In this document: in pieces, positions 25,520-39,394 of the stretch
How the letters are laid out: every line of letters begins with the position of its first letter
Position numbering within the stretch: position 1 is the stretch's first letter
Assembly (NCBI GenBank): GCA_013239625.1
Contig: MU056000.1
Location: 13,095,175-13,159,174 of the forward strand
Origin: Lama guanicoe
Taxonomy: Eukaryota
Direction of reading: 5' to 3'
DNA: 64,000 bases
The notes under the pieces: generated by a model
What the model saw: the letters and a program-made list of their open reading frames with translations, nothing else
Told to the model about the DNA's origin: nothing
Database searches by the model: none
Program-made: the position numbers and the translations under genes

Positions 25520-26120
25520 TTTTGTCGTTGTGGTAGTTGAGAGCCAGCTGTGTTCCATGGGCGGTAAGTACTAAGGTGGCAGGCCTTTAATGTGAGAATG
25601 TCTGTTGGTCTCTCCATGGGTTGCTCTGTCGTAGGTGTTTGGTGTAGCTGTGGGCTCCAGTGGCACCAGATCTCTGTACTGAACTTGTTTGGTCTCTCCT
25701 CTTAACTGAGGGCCTCCCTTGTTCTTCTCTTTAGCCCTCCCCCCCACCACCCCGTTTCCTGGTCGTGATTCACTGTGGCTATGCAGCCTTATTAGCATGG
25801 CCATAGAGCGTGGAGAAGGGAAGGCATTCTCTAATGTTCCGATTGATACTCAGTTTTTGGAGTGCACAGCGGGCCTGTGTCTTGAGTCGTGACCTTCAGG
25901 AGCATTTCTGTCCCTGCTCCAGGAGTAGAGCTTTTCCTGTATCACTTAATCCCTTACCCAGCTGCTGCAGGTACATTTCAGTTTCCTCCATCTATGTCCC
26001 TGAAACCTTCTCCTCTGTAATTAAGTTCTTTATTTTCCTTTTAATTGAGACAGGAAGGTTGGGACGGGGCTGGAATGGGGCTGGTGAGGCAGGGTTCTCA
26101 TGCACCAGCCTTCTGTGAAC
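25520..26120 (-). mobile_element. Probable L1M 5' region remnant
   Basis: GC-richer tract adjoining the L1; 'tttaatgtgagaatg...gtgtttggtgtagctgtgggctccagtggc' resembles L1MC-type 5' ends. Confidence 0.5.
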
Positions 26121-27217
26121 TTCATTTGTTTTTTTAAGACAGAGTATTTAAAGCCACTCTGCAAAATATTGACTATGTGTTGTTTACAAATTCATTCTAG
26201 ATAGCTTATGTCATTAGCAAAATTTTAATTTAACACTGATTTTATTACATATCATGGCATGTGAGTGTGATTATCAAATTCTGTACAGCTGGTAAAATTG
26301 AAAATAGAAAAGTCAGCCTGTGACACTTAGGGTGCCTATCCTGGGAATATCCATTCCTTGCTACCATCTGTTGTTGTTTAGAGAACTAAAAATGTCATCA
26401 TGAATGGTGGTCTTGTCAACCAGCTAGGAGTTAATTTTACCTTACCCATCCAAAGACAAAGGTTATGTTATAACTTATAACAAAACAGTAACAACAGCTG
26501 TAATGCAACAGGGTGACACAAATACTATAGAATTACTATAAGATTTCAAGAGAGAGAGAGGGAAACAATTATTGTAAATATTGCCAAGAAACCAAAAGAA
26601 ATTGGTAGGGAGAGAAATATAGGTGGCAAGTTGCCAAAAGCATAAATCCCTAAGAGTAATTATAGACTAGATTTTTATGTAAAATAAAACCATTTCAAGT
26701 ATTCAAGCTTTAAGATTTATTTTCTCTGCAGGAAATGGCTTTTCATTTGCATTCAATATTGTAAATATCTCAAACATCATGTGAGGATGCATTGCTCCTT
26801 GGATGAGGGTTTTTCTATTTCCCCCTTGTCTTTCTGAGGGGGAGAAACACATCCTCCTTGGGCAGAAAGCTGTAGTGACAAAATGTGCCCAATGGGCTGA
26901 TGACTGTGGTTGAGATGAGCCTCAAAAGCTGGGGAGCTGTGCATATAAAATTTTCACAATTTGAAAACTGGAATTTTTAGCTGGGCTTCCAGTGGATGAA
27001 TAGCAAGTGAAAACAGGAAGCTGCAAGAAGACTCATTTTTTTTTTAAATACTCTTGTGTGAAACATCACATGAGCTTTTAAAATATGTTTTAAACAACCT
27101 TGAGAGGAAGTTGCTGTAGGCAACAAAATTTCCAGTCACTACTCTGGGTTTCATACCCTTAATAGTAATGGCTAATGTGTCTTGGGCAACAAAATGATCT
27201 AAGGTCTCAGTTACCTG

Positions 27218-27300
27218 TGATTGAAAAGTTTCCTAGCTATGGGTCTTTCAATGCCAAAAATGGGATAGTCACAAGGAAACTGGGACAACTGGTCACCCTA
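27218..27300. mobile_element. MER81/MER94-like hAT-Blackjack fragment (follows a MIR fragment at ~27135-27217)
   Basis: Terminal 'ggaaactgggacaactggtcacccta' and internal 'ctttcaatgccaaaaatgggatagtc'. Confidence 0.75.
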
Positions 27301-27629
27301 CTTGGCACTTACTGTGTCCTAGGTATTTAACACCTCTCTTCACATTTAGTACTCCCATCAGTCCATGTACAGTTTCCCTGAGGACTGTAAACCATGGAGT
27401 TTGAATTTAGGGCCTACATTCTTTCTCATGGTGCACATAGCTTTGCAGCTTTGGAGTTTGGGTATGAATAATAAAGGGGAGGGCCATAACACTCATTTGT
27501 GTTAGCTACCAGGACAATTGCTGTTCTACTTTTCATCCAAACATGAATCAAAGGAAGTAAAATAGGTGATGATGGTGAAATACACTGGAGTGTTAGTCGA
27601 GGGGAGCAGCTACTGACATAGATGAGTTG

Positions 27630-28052
27630 GGTTCACCACAAGCAGGGTTCTCTGGAAAGCAGCTGTCCGAGGTAGATATTAGTGGGTTCATTCTGGGAAT
27701 GAACACCAATGGACAGAAAAGCAAAACAACAGGAGAAGGCCCTGGGAGAACTCAGGCTGCCATGCAGTGTGGATAAACCCCAGCTGATCACAGGCACTGA
27801 GAAGCTTAAATGGTCATCAGCAATGGCCTCTGATGGAGAGAGGGTCCAGAAATGAGTCACCTGTGAAATTAGATTGATACCTTGGGACTAATATACACAC
27901 GACTCGTCAGTCACTAGACACAGATGGAGAGCGAGACAGTTACAAGAGGGGAAATAAGTCCGGGTTGTCTGCTGAAAGAGCCTCCAACAACTGGGGGAAT
28001 AAGACCACATTTCTGAAGGGGTCTCTGGGCAACACATCATAGAATCCGCTAT
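27630..28052 (-). mobile_element. LTR16-family (ERVL) LTR
   Basis: 'cagggttctctggaaagcag...gggaatgaacacc' and end 'ctgaaggggtctctgggcaacacatcatagaatcc'. Confidence 0.65.
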
Positions 28053-31000
28053 TGGTGTAAAGAGAACCAAAACTTGCTTGGAGATTAATTTCCCTTAAAA
28101 CCAGTGAAATTTCAAAGAATATCATTAAGGATGATAGTCTATAGCATTCTTTTTGCTATTTCCTTTCCTTAGGATGTTGCATGATTTTTTTTCCAAATAA
28201 GTTAGTGAATGATGAATTAATTAATGATTTGACTTCACACTTGCCTCTCTAAAATTCTGATGTATACACAAAAATAATGTCTTTCACATGACATGTTCTC
28301 AAGCCAGAAGTTCCATTAAAGCATGAATCAATTTGCCATGTGTGCAGAGGCACTGGTCTCATATCACATGCACTGCAGTCACTCTTCCTGGAACACAGGG
28401 CTTTGATGCTCCTCAATGATCAAAGTTTTCAAATTCCAAATATCTTCAAAGGAGCTGTCATGACTCTGGCTTTGAGTAGAGTGGTCATCCACATTCAGTC
28501 ACACTTTCTTGGTTCTGTTCCTGAATTGCAAGCTTTCAGAGCAGTGGCTCTGTCAATACTGTTAAGTGTGAGAGCAATTTCTAACCAAAACACAAAAGAA
28601 TCACAGTGTATGCTATGGATTTTGGTTACTTGCAACTGTCAGTCTGATTTAATGAAAACAAAGGTTACCAAAGGCAGATAAAACATACGGTACTGCTAAG
28701 GACTATGGCATGTGGTGTTTCTCAACCTGCTTTACTATATATCACTGTTTTGGAATGCATTATTTCATGTTATTTTCTAACAAAAGTTTTAAAGTTTTAA
28801 CCAGTAGTGTCATGTGTAATAAGATAATGTGCTTACAGTACTAAAGAAAAAAAAATACAATGCTTTATGATATAGAACGGTAGAGATGCTGGCATACATA
28901 CAGGTGATGCCATTTGCATATTTTTCACAAAAATTTTTGGTTTTTTAACTGAGCTAATGTATCACAGTACAATTTAGAGTCCATGAACTTTTCTTTATTT
29001 TTATGACTGTCTCTCAATGAAGGTAAAGCCAAGAGCAGTTTCTTTCCTTGCTTTTTGTTTTTGGTATGGAGCCATTGAACAATTTCACCTTTATCAATGT
29101 CAATATAATAAGTGTATTATATATACTTATCTTTTCTTTTGATTTTTTCTCAATTCTATAAAATAAGTAACTTCCCAGCTCAGCATCTTTTGCTTCCTCT
29201 ATCTCTTTCACATGGATTCTCTGAAAATATAGCTCCCGTTTATGTTTTTCTCCTTTAAATATTCAATGTTTAACAAGTGGCAAAATGTGGCTAAATGCTA
29301 CACATTTATTAATGAAAATAACTACACTAATTTTTCCTCTTGTCTGGTTTCTTTGTTTCAAGCATAGATTGAAAAACTCTTTGTCACAGAAATGTAGAAA
29401 TAAAAGAAACTCTTTAATTGTCACAGAAATCATAGAATTAAAGTGGTATATGCAGTTGAAGGCATGCTTTGAAAGGACAGTGTCTCAGAGGTGCTTAGAC
29501 AGAACTCTAAATTTATTTGTTACTTGAGCAATTCCATGGTAGAGATCTAAATCAAGCTGGCAAGTTTTCACTCAGTTTTTTTCTTGATTCAAATACTGCA
29601 CTTTACTGCATGAAATGTGCTGCACTAAAGGTATTTATTTCTCCCTAAAACATTATTTCTGTAGTGCTCTGCTTTCATTCAGCTTTAAGTTGATCTTCTA
29701 TGATTTTGAAAACTTGATGCTTTTTGATAAATTGTGCTTCACTCGTGGTGGATAAGGAGTGAGTACTTACAATGTTCCTTCATTCTACATAAAAGTAAGA
29801 GTGAGTTTGACATGAAGTGTGAGTTATAATAGTCACACTATATAAATACAGATACAGGTACAGATATAGGTAAAAAGATTCTATGTTTAGTTCATCTAGT
29901 CAGAATGATAGTAGTAGAGTTTGGCTGGTAAATATTTTCATGTTATTTTCGCATTATTTTAATAGTTCTTGTGCTTTCTTTTATGTTGTTTTCAGATGGA
30001 CAGAAAAGCAGCTATGCTTCTATTTAAAAAATACAGGTTATTTTAAATTCTGATCCTGAACTACTTTCACAAATCAATATATTCTTATATACCTCACCTA
30101 AATCCTGCTTAGCGAGAAATCTAAAGTTTATGTTGCTATCAGACTGAAGAATTTTTTTTTAAATATTTGGTTTGCTGAAGAAGATTTAGGTACTTTTAGT
30201 GAAATTTATAGTTTAGTTGTACAAGCATTATTTGAACAAATCACAGCATCTTTATGTTACTTCAAATCTCCATCTTGGCTATACATTGCATTTTCTCTTA
30301 AGATCACAAATCATTTTCACACACATTCTTTCACTTTCTGTTGGATTTTCCTAAATTGAATCCTCTTATATCATTCTCCCTATGGACATCCATAAAAGCT
30401 TTCCCTATGTTTTTGTTTTATTGAATGGAAACAAGCATATCCTGTTTTTTGATATAGAAATTACTATTGAAAAGTCTATTTCTCCATATTAATTACGGAG
30501 AAATTCCATATTCACATTCTACTCGTTTTATATTACTCATTATTATAGTATTCACTAAAACCAATTTAATGAAGACTAATTTCTCTCTGACCTTTAAAAA
30601 ATAACACTTAGTGGCAAATTTTGAAATATTTTGTTTTATTGACTACCCATCATCCTAGGACTGATTTTGTTTTTCAGAATAAAAATTCAATACTTCATCT
30701 TGTTTATAGATTTTCCTTGATAAAACGATTTCCTTTGTAGATTGGCTATTTGAATTTTTTTTAAATGTAACCTCTTGTTTTTTACCTTTTTCTTTTAAAG
30801 GAAAAAGTCTAGATATAGTGACTGTTGGAAGTTGATGGGGATGTGAGTAGGGGAGGAGATGCCAGTAGCCGCTTTGGGGGGACATAAGCCATTCTAATTG
30901 CCTCATGCAGAATCAAGGGCCTTAGTATATTAATCAGATTAGAAACATCTTCCAGCAGGATTAAAGTTATTACCCTAGATTCTTCTTTTACCCTCTAGGG

Positions 31001-31868
31001 ATCTCTTAGGGGAAAAATAGTTTCATATCAACCACATGTAAATTAATATCATGAGACCTCATAATTAAGCACTATTCTTTTTAGAGTGACTTCCAGAGCA
31101 CTGAAGTTCTGAGAATTATGATTCTCAATGCCATAATGACATGTTATGAGTATTTTTGAGATGGATAATCTGGGACCAGAAATTTTGCACTTTGTCAGAA
31201 TCTCATAGCTAGGAGAGACATTGAATGCTTCAGATATAACATTAGAATAATCCTGATCTATGAAAAAATCAGTGTATTATTTAGTTGGAACTAGGTTAAA
31301 ATTATAGCATTAATCTTACAGAAAAATGTATTAAAAAGTTGTGAATGTCTCTATCAAGCATAGTTCCTAAGAGTGTTTTCTTTAAGCACATGTGTGTAGG
31401 AGGTGTTTCATGGTTCACACAACTGCTCTTCACATTTCCCCTTCTATATTGGCAGACAGCTTGAAATATCTCATTACCAATGTAATTTTAACTCCCTTGT
31501 AAGTAATTTTGGCTTTGTTGTCTAGATGTCAAGTGATATATTTTTTTAAAGTTTAGTAGTTTTGTAAAAACATTTCTAAATTTTTATAATTATGGCATGA
31601 TTTACCTGAGTACATAATATTCATTATAAATGTATAGATTTGAATATTTTTTAATTAAAGACGCTTATTTTAATTGTAGATGTCAGTATTTGTTGTTTTC
31701 CATCATTGCTTCAGTTTGCTTCAGTCTCGCCCCCATTGTTGGATTTTCTGGGGCTATCTCCTCTATTCTTTGTTTTCCCCCAAATCTATTTAGTCTCTAT
31801 TTACTTGTGTTAGTTTCCGTTTAGTTTTCTTTCCCATAATCAGTATTTTCTTTTCTTCTAAATCTTGT

Positions 31869-32972
31869 TACATACATCTTCTTTATCCACTCATTCTTCA
31901 GTGGACACTTAGGTTGCTTCCTTGTCTTGACTATTGTAAATAGTGCTGCTATGGACAGGTTTAGAGTTTTCTTCTGATATATGCCCAGGAATGGGATTGC
32001 TGGATCACATGGTAAGTCTATTTTTAGGTTTTTTTTAAAGGAATCTCCATACTATTCTACATCGTGGCTGCACCAATTTACATTCCTGCCAACAGTGTAG
32101 GAGGGTTCATTTTTCTCCACACCCTTGCCAGCATTTGTGATTTGTGGACTTTTTAATGATAGCCATTCTGACTGGTGTGAGGTGATACCTCGTTGCAGTT
32201 TTGATTTGCATTTCTCTAATAATTATCAATACTGAGCATTGTTTCCTGTGCCTTTTGGCCATCTGTGTGTTTTCTTTGGGGAAACGTCTGTTTAGGCCTT
32301 CTGCTCATTTTTGCATTGCATTTTTGTTTTTTTCATATTAAGCTGTATGAGCCGTTTGTATATTTTGGAAATTAATCCCTTGTCAGTCACATCATTGGCA
32401 AATATTTTCTTTCATTCAATAGATTGTCTTCTTGCTTTGTTTGTAGTTAATTTTGAGATGCAAAAGCTTTTACATTTAATCAGGTCCCATTTGCTTATTT
32501 TTGCTTTTATTTCCAATTACTCTAGGAGATGGATCCAAAAAAATATTACTGTGATTTATGTCAAAGAGTGTTTGCTTATGTTTTATTCTAGGAGTTTTAG
32601 AGTACCCAACCTTACATTTAGGTCTTTAATCCATTTTGAGTTTATTTTTGTATAAGTTGTTAGCAAATGTTCTAATTTCAGTCTTTTACATGTAGCTATC
32701 CAATTTTCCTAGCACCACTTAGAAGAGACTGTCTATTCTCCATCATCTATACTTGCCTTTTTTGTCATAAATTAATTAACCATAAAAGGATAGGTCTATT
32801 TCTGGGCTTTCTATCCTGTTTCATTGATTGATGTGTCTGTTTTTGTGCAAGTGCCATACTGTTTTGATTACTGCAGCTTTGTAGTATAGTCTGAAGTCAA
32901 GGAGCATGATTCCTCCAGATCTGTTCTTCTTTCTCAAGATTATTTTGGCTAGTTGGGGTCTTTGTGTGGTTT
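31869..32972 (-). mobile_element. L1 ORF2 C-terminal fragment, truncated at both ends
   Basis: Well-preserved L1 antisense: 'catcttctttatccactc...ggattgctggatcacatggt...gtagtatagtctgaagtcaaggagcatgattcctccag'. Confidence 0.93.
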
Positions 32973-34063
32973 TATTTATTCTTAATGAATATTTTGTTTT
33001 TACTACAAAGTATAGAAATATAAGTTTTATGTAATTTTTCTAAATATAGCAATTATAAAAATGTTTCTTCCAGGAAGATTTGCACTGAACATTGCACTAA
33101 AGATCTGAAACTTCTGAGTGAGTTAATCAGCCAAGCAAACAGACAACACTTTTTAGAAGTACATTAAGTCTAAATAAGTTTTGAAAGTACATGATTTTCA
33201 CTGTTGCTTGTAATGGCAGTTTTTGTATTAAACAAGGTATTATAGCTATCAAGCCAATAAATGGAGACTTGTTTGGAATAGGTTTGAGAACCACTAGGAC
33301 TAGATAATTCCAAAGGTAACTCTGACACTTTCTGAAGAAAATGTCAGAGTTATAATTTAAAATCCTTTCCAAAAAAGCAATTTAAATCATAACTACTGTC
33401 AGAATTCTACGGATGAGGCTATATGTATATATTTAAGCAAATATTTCAGAACAACTCTTTATTACTTTAAAAGCAATATAAACATGGTATGTAATTTGAA
33501 AATACAGTTTTTATTATAAAGAAATAATATAATATTTTCTTCATTCTGAATTTCCAACTAACACTTTATCTTCCTAGAGCTCACTGTGTAAATACATCAT
33601 TTAACTCTATGATGTAATATAATTTTTAATCAAATGAGATCCTTCTGTATGTACAATGGAGTAACTTGATTTTATGAATGAATAATATTTAGTTTTCCCC
33701 AGCAATGTCTTTTCCATTTAGGTAATTTACAATTATTATTCAAGTGTTCCCACATATCAAAAACATGTCTTTTCTGTGAATTAGGGTACAAATCATATCT
33801 TATTTTATCTGTTCTTCTTTCCTTTCTGTCTTTCATTCCTGCTTATTCTCTTTAAACTTTCACTGACTGTGGAAGAGAATGTGCAGTTGTCAGCTTTTTT
33901 GCCTGGTCTCTTCCTTATGTAATCATTGAACCTTTATCCTCCTCCCTACATATCATTTAAACAGGAAGATTACTCTAGAGCTTTCACAGGGTCAGGTTGA
34001 ACACATTTGACTAGAACACACTATATGTGATGTTATGTATTACATGTTGCATCACTTCATGGA

Positions 34064-34193
34064 TAGAGTTGCCAGACAAAATACAAGACTCCTTACCAGT
34101 GAATGGAAAATGATGATACTAAAAATTATGTTACCTGAAATTCGAATTTAACTGAGTGCTACAAAATTTTACTTGCTAAATCAGACAACCTTA
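34064..34193. mobile_element. MER53 hAT MITE (internally deleted)
   Basis: Inverted termini 'tagagttgccagacaaaatac' and 'tgctaaatcagacaacctta'; internal 'ctgaaattcgaatttaactg'. Confidence 0.8.
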
Positions 34194-34764
34194 TTCAGAA
34201 GATATATAAATGCTTCTTAAATTAACTACTAGAGTGATAACAGTCTGATCCTTGTATTGTGTTGTTAAATTTGTTTATTTTCCTTGTTATAAGTTGTGAG
34301 GTTACTTTGATACTATGTAAATTTATACTCCCATCAACCATTTATGCGCTTTTCAATATCTAGGTGACTTGACCTGGCTTAGGTAATAACACATCTAGCC
34401 ACTGTGTTGCAAAATCCTCTAAATTGACAAAAAGGGCTAGAACCCAGAGAGCTACTAAGACATAGTAACTCTGGGTCCACCTGCAAGTGGCGATTTGTGA
34501 CCTGATTCAGGATATAATTTGAAGATTAGACTCCATGGGAACTCCTGGAGGTGAGGTTCAAGATAAAGAAATAATTCAAAAACTTCCCCAAGATTTTAGC
34601 CATAATTTTAATATTTTTAAAGACTTGGTTTCCTAGATGACTCTGTTAATAATTGAACTGTTCTGCCTGCTTAGTTGTTTTTCTTTGTTTAATTATCATG
34701 ACAGATTTACGGATTTTCATTGATTCAATGTGTTTCAATGTAAAACAATTATTTTTATACTTTT

Positions 34765-35580
34765 TTGCATTTAATTTGATAGTATTTTCTTGAGGATTTT
34801 TTGTATCTGTGTTCATGAGAGATATTGATGTGTAGTTTTCTTTTTGTGTGTGTATGTGTAATGTCTTGAATTGATTTTTGGTATCAGGGTAATGCTAGTC
34901 ACATGGAATGAGTTAGGAAGTATTCCTTCTGCTTCTATCCCCTGAAAGAGCTAGAGACTTGGTATAATTTCTTCCTAAATGTTTGAAGAATTCACCAGTA
35001 AACTCATCTGGGTCTGGTGCTTTATGTCTTGGAAAATTATGAATTACAGATATAATTCCTTTAATAAATTTAGGCATATTCAGATCATCCATTTCTTCTT
35101 GTATATGTTTTGACAGATTGTATCTTTTAAAGAATTGGTCAGCTTCATCTAGATTATCAAATTTGTGGGCATAAAGTTGTTCATAGATTCTTTATTACAA
35201 TTTTAACATTCATAGGATCTGTAGTTATGTCCCCTCTTTCATTTCTGGTATTAGTAATTTGTGTCCTCTCTCTTTTTCCCCTTGTTTGCCTGGTGAGGGT
35301 TTTACTGGTTCTACTTATCTTTTCAAAGAAGCAGCTTTTGGTTTTGTTGGTTTTGTCTATGGATTTCCTGTTTCCAGTGGCATTAATTTCTGCTCTAATT
35401 CTTATAATTCCTTTTCTTCTGCTTAATTTAGATTTAATTTGCTCTTTTTTTTCTAGTTTCCAATGGTAGAAAATTTGATTATTGATTTTAGATCTTTGTA
35501 ATATATGCTTTCAATGGTGTGTATTTCTCTAAGCACTATTTTTACTGCATCTCACAAATTATGATGGTGTTCACATTTTA
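34765..35580 (-). mobile_element. L1M ORF2 fragment
   Basis: 'ttgaggattttttgtatctgtgttcatgagagatattg...gaatgagttaggaagtattcc...tcttttcaaagaagcagcttttggttttg'. Confidence 0.9.
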
Positions 35581-36852
35581 AGTAACCAAAATATATACTG
35601 GTTCCTTGAACATATCTTGGTTGATTTTCAGATTTTACAAGTAGAATTTAGAACTTCAAACTTTTAGTTTGAGTAATGTGAAGAAGAAAACTTCCCTGTA
35701 AAATGAAGGGCATTCAAACTGTAATCTTTTGATCTAATGTGAATAAAGGAATTCGAGAGATTTCTCTTAATGTAGAAGAAGGAAGTGGAGCAAGAATAAA
35801 GGAGCTCATGAGGGAGTGAGGCCAATCCTTTTAACAGAAGAGTTAACAATCTTGAATAGATATCAAGCACGAAGAGCTACAATCTGGGGTCAAAACAAGG
35901 ATTTCTACCTTGTGATTTTTGCCTAGTCATTCCTTACAGAAACAGCTGATTGCGAGCTCTGTTTCATTGAATTTCTCCTCTGTCTCTGGAACTTTTATTT
36001 TTACTTTTTAAAAAATGTTTTCTGGCTGTACTTTTGTTGGAAAGTGCCACTTCCCACACAATAAAGTTTTCCTAACTGCAACTGGAATGGTACACTGTTG
36101 AATAGAGTCACTAAGTAGGCCCTGGGAACAATCTTGAGTGACTTTAGACAGTTCTTAATGACCTGATAACATTGTGAGATGACTTAATGACCATTCCAGT
36201 TGAGGACACTCACCAAGGCTGAACATTTTATCTGGCTCTTGCCATGAAGGTTTTACTGAAAACCAAACGACTCTTACAGGTTTAGACTACAAGTGGGTCA
36301 AGTGTAAATGTTGTAACTCTTAAAGGCTGTCATTTAGAGTTGTTTATGCTTTATGTGAGCTTAATCTACCACTGTTTTTCACATCTCTCAAAATTATGGT
36401 GGTAGTCTAAAATCCCCAAGATGGAAGTAACACCCCTACCTACCAGACTGGCTTTCAAGTTGATTAAACCAGATTGTGTGTACTTCTTGGTATGATTTAA
36501 AAATGCTCTACATTTTTTAATAGAATGCCCCTAGATGTGCTTAATAATTAGTCCAAGTTATTTAGAGGTCATTTCCTTTTTATGCAACTGTATCACAACT
36601 ACACAAAGTACAATAACCACCTCAAGAAAATTTCTGGTTTAATTAAATTAGATTTCTAACTTAATTAGATTTATAATTTCTGAAGACTTTGAACTTCATA
36701 TTTCAATCTGATTATTAATCTGGTAATTGTAAGGAGGTGAGGAGTCAAGGTACAGAGAGGGTGTAAATTCAGGAGAAAGGGGACACAGTTTTTGATGAAC
36801 CAAAGACAGGAATTGAAGAATTCTAGACACAGTGATAACAACCATGACTAGA

Positions 36853-36980
36853 TTCATTCATTTATTTATTCATTCACTTTTCCAGCAATTATTTATCAGT
36901 GCCTATTATGTGCCTGCCACTGTTCCAGGAACAGACCAAAACAGATAAGGTGCATGAAGTTTGTGTCATTGGAAGACAAT
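36853..36980 (-). mobile_element. L2 3' tail
   Basis: (TTCA)n-like tail followed by 'tatttatcagtgcctattatgtgcctgccactgttccagg'. Confidence 0.75.
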
Positions 36981-37264
36981 GTGCCCCTTTGTAAAGTAAT
37001 TAAATATGCATTTTCTAAAGATATGCCCATCAAAAGTGAAGGTCAAAGATTTTACCATGTTATTAGCTATCCAAACATTTTTTTCTGCAAACAATCAACA
37101 GTCTTTGACATAAGGTTAAAGTTTCAACACAATCAGGTATTAATTTTTCCAAAATCATTTTCCTTTACTTATCTCAATCTTCACTTACCAAATTGACGTG
37201 CACAGAGCCAGAGTTTGTTGTAGAACCCTGCCTATCTGAAAACATACATGATAAACTATATGAA

Positions 37265-37690
37265 TTAGTCATTAATTTAACAAATTTTATTGATCATCTA
37301 TTGTGCAGTAGGCATTAGGGATACAGCACCGAACAAAACAAAAGTCCTTGCCTCCTGCAGTATGCAATCTAGGGAGGCAAAGGGATAACATGCTAATGCA
37401 CACATACTTATCTGGTGGGGGAAAGTGCTGTGAAGGAAAAGAAAGCAGGGCATGGGAAATTGACAAGGCTGAGGGAAGCGGGTGGTTAATTTACACAGAA
37501 CAGCACAGGGAAGTGCTTTCTTGTCAGGTGACATTTGAGCAGAAATTTGAATACTGGAAGTTCTTCAGCGGTGCTTAGATCTGGACAGAGAATATTCCAG
37601 GCTGAAGAAAAAGTAGGTTCATTAGCTATGAAGTAGAAGCCAATCCTCAAATCTGGTGAACAACAGAAAGACAGCAAAGAGAGCAAGAGG
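37265..37690 (-). mobile_element. L2a 3' fragment
   Basis: 'tttaacaaattttattgatcatctattgtgcag...gggatacagcaccgaacaaaaca...aggtgacatttgagcaga'. Confidence 0.8.
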
Positions 37691-37888
37691 ACTGAATCAT
37701 TAACTGTCTAAAATATAATTGTACACGTAGCGTGGATATGCTACGAAGCAAAAGGCAGAATATGCATGAAGACTTAAAAGAGAACACATCAAATATTGGC
37801 CACTTTTGGAGCTCCACAGTGTGTCATGTCCCTATGCCACTTGGTGGGTAATTTTCCAGGAGTAACTTCGACATCACATCAATCAGCC

Positions 37889-37920
37889 GTGTGTGTGTGC
37901 GTGCGTGCGTATGCGTGTGC
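37889..37920. repeat. (GT)n/(GCGT)n microsatellite
   Basis: Directly visible. Confidence 0.9.
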
Positions 37921-38599
37921 TTGATTTATGTCACCTTTGTGGAAGAGAAGCATAAACAACAGATCTGTATCTTGTTTTCAAGTCATGACCCAAAGCTTTG
38001 CTTGACAGATTTCATTGTGTGCCTCTATGTCTGGTGGGTTCTGAGCCTGTTCATTGTTCTGGGTTTAACTTTCTCAGTATTCTTATTATCACTCGGGACC
38101 AAAATGCTCACTCTCATATCAGATTTTCATTTGCATTTATAATCTGTATTTGTCCTAGAACATCTTGGAATGATTATTCTTTTACTCAGTGTTTTCTCTT
38201 TGGCTCATCCTTAGCTTCTACCTTCAAATTCTGGGTTGAATACCAAAAAATTTGAAGATCAGGTGATATATTTCATTTTATCAGGTAAATGAATTTAACT
38301 CATACATATTGAATACACTTTTATAATTTCAATTTAGTATATTGTCAACACAATGAAATTTAGTAATTTTGTAAATTATGCAGTCATTTACAAAATTATA
38401 AAGTTAAACTATTCAAGATTTTAAATCTTTTAAACCATTATTTGTAGTGCTTCAAGAGTTAAAATAGCTTGCTTAGTGCCAATTTACTCTTAAGGCTAAT
38501 AACAAAATTATTATCTCCCCATAACTCCCTCCCCTAAAGTTGTAAATTTATTTATTTTTTGTAATAAATGGAAGCGAGATGTTGATACTTGAAATCTGG

Positions 38600-39382
38600 G
38601 AATATTTATATCTTCATTTTCCTCACTCCCTATAGCTTATCAAATACCAAATATATCTTACATTCTACTACTAAATATGTTCTTCTTAAAAGAAATCTCT
38701 CAGAAACATTTATTTTTGTTAACATTAGTCAAATGTCATCAATCAATTAAGTCATTGTAATAGGCCACCAGTATAGTCCAAATAACTCTAATATGATTTC
38801 TTGACAGGACTCTTGTAATATGCCCCACTGTTGCCACTCATTCATCATTCTGCACCAAAGTCATTATTAAAATAGCACATTTTGACATGCTACTTTCCTA
38901 CATGAACTAGTTTATAGAATTCTTTTGCATTTAGGCTGAAGTTCAGAAAATGTAATGTATCCTAAAAGCCCCTGCATGTACTAATTTCTGTGAATATTCC
39001 ACTTGCACTTTTTATCATTTCTCCCTGTTTGTCTGCTCTGTAGTCATCCTTCCTCTTGGTCTTCACACAGATGGCTCATGAAAGACCCACCCTGACCCTT
39101 CTCAATTATTTTATCTTCTGGTTTCGGTTTAAATGCTTCTTCTTGAGGGAAGGTTTTCCTACCTCCATCTTCTTTTCGTGCCAGAGACCAGATTAATACT
39201 CCTTTCAATGATATTCTGTGTTTCTTTTTTGCAGGACTCACCTTACTTCTTTCTCTCTCTTTTTTTTTAATTGAAATATACTTACTTCTAATTACTTGTC
39301 CCTTTGTTTTCCTTAAGTACATTGTAACCCCTTTTTCAAGCAAAATAAATTGTCTTAGTCTGGGTCATCATTGCATCATGAC
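38600..39382 (+). mobile_element. Degenerate L2, interrupted by the L1 at 39395 and apparently resuming at ~40076-40150
   Basis: Pyrimidine-rich L2-like motifs such as 'aaaagcccctgcatg' and 'tttaaatgcttcttcttgagggaaggttttcct'; L2-like tail 'tttgttgatagatgattgaaatga' after the L1. Confidence 0.6.
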
Positions 39383-39394
39383 AAGGACATGCTA

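Noticed and set aside
32311..35469. Hydrophobic membrane-protein-like ORFs (32311-32655, 35227-35469)
   Set aside because: Antisense translations of T-rich L1 sequence
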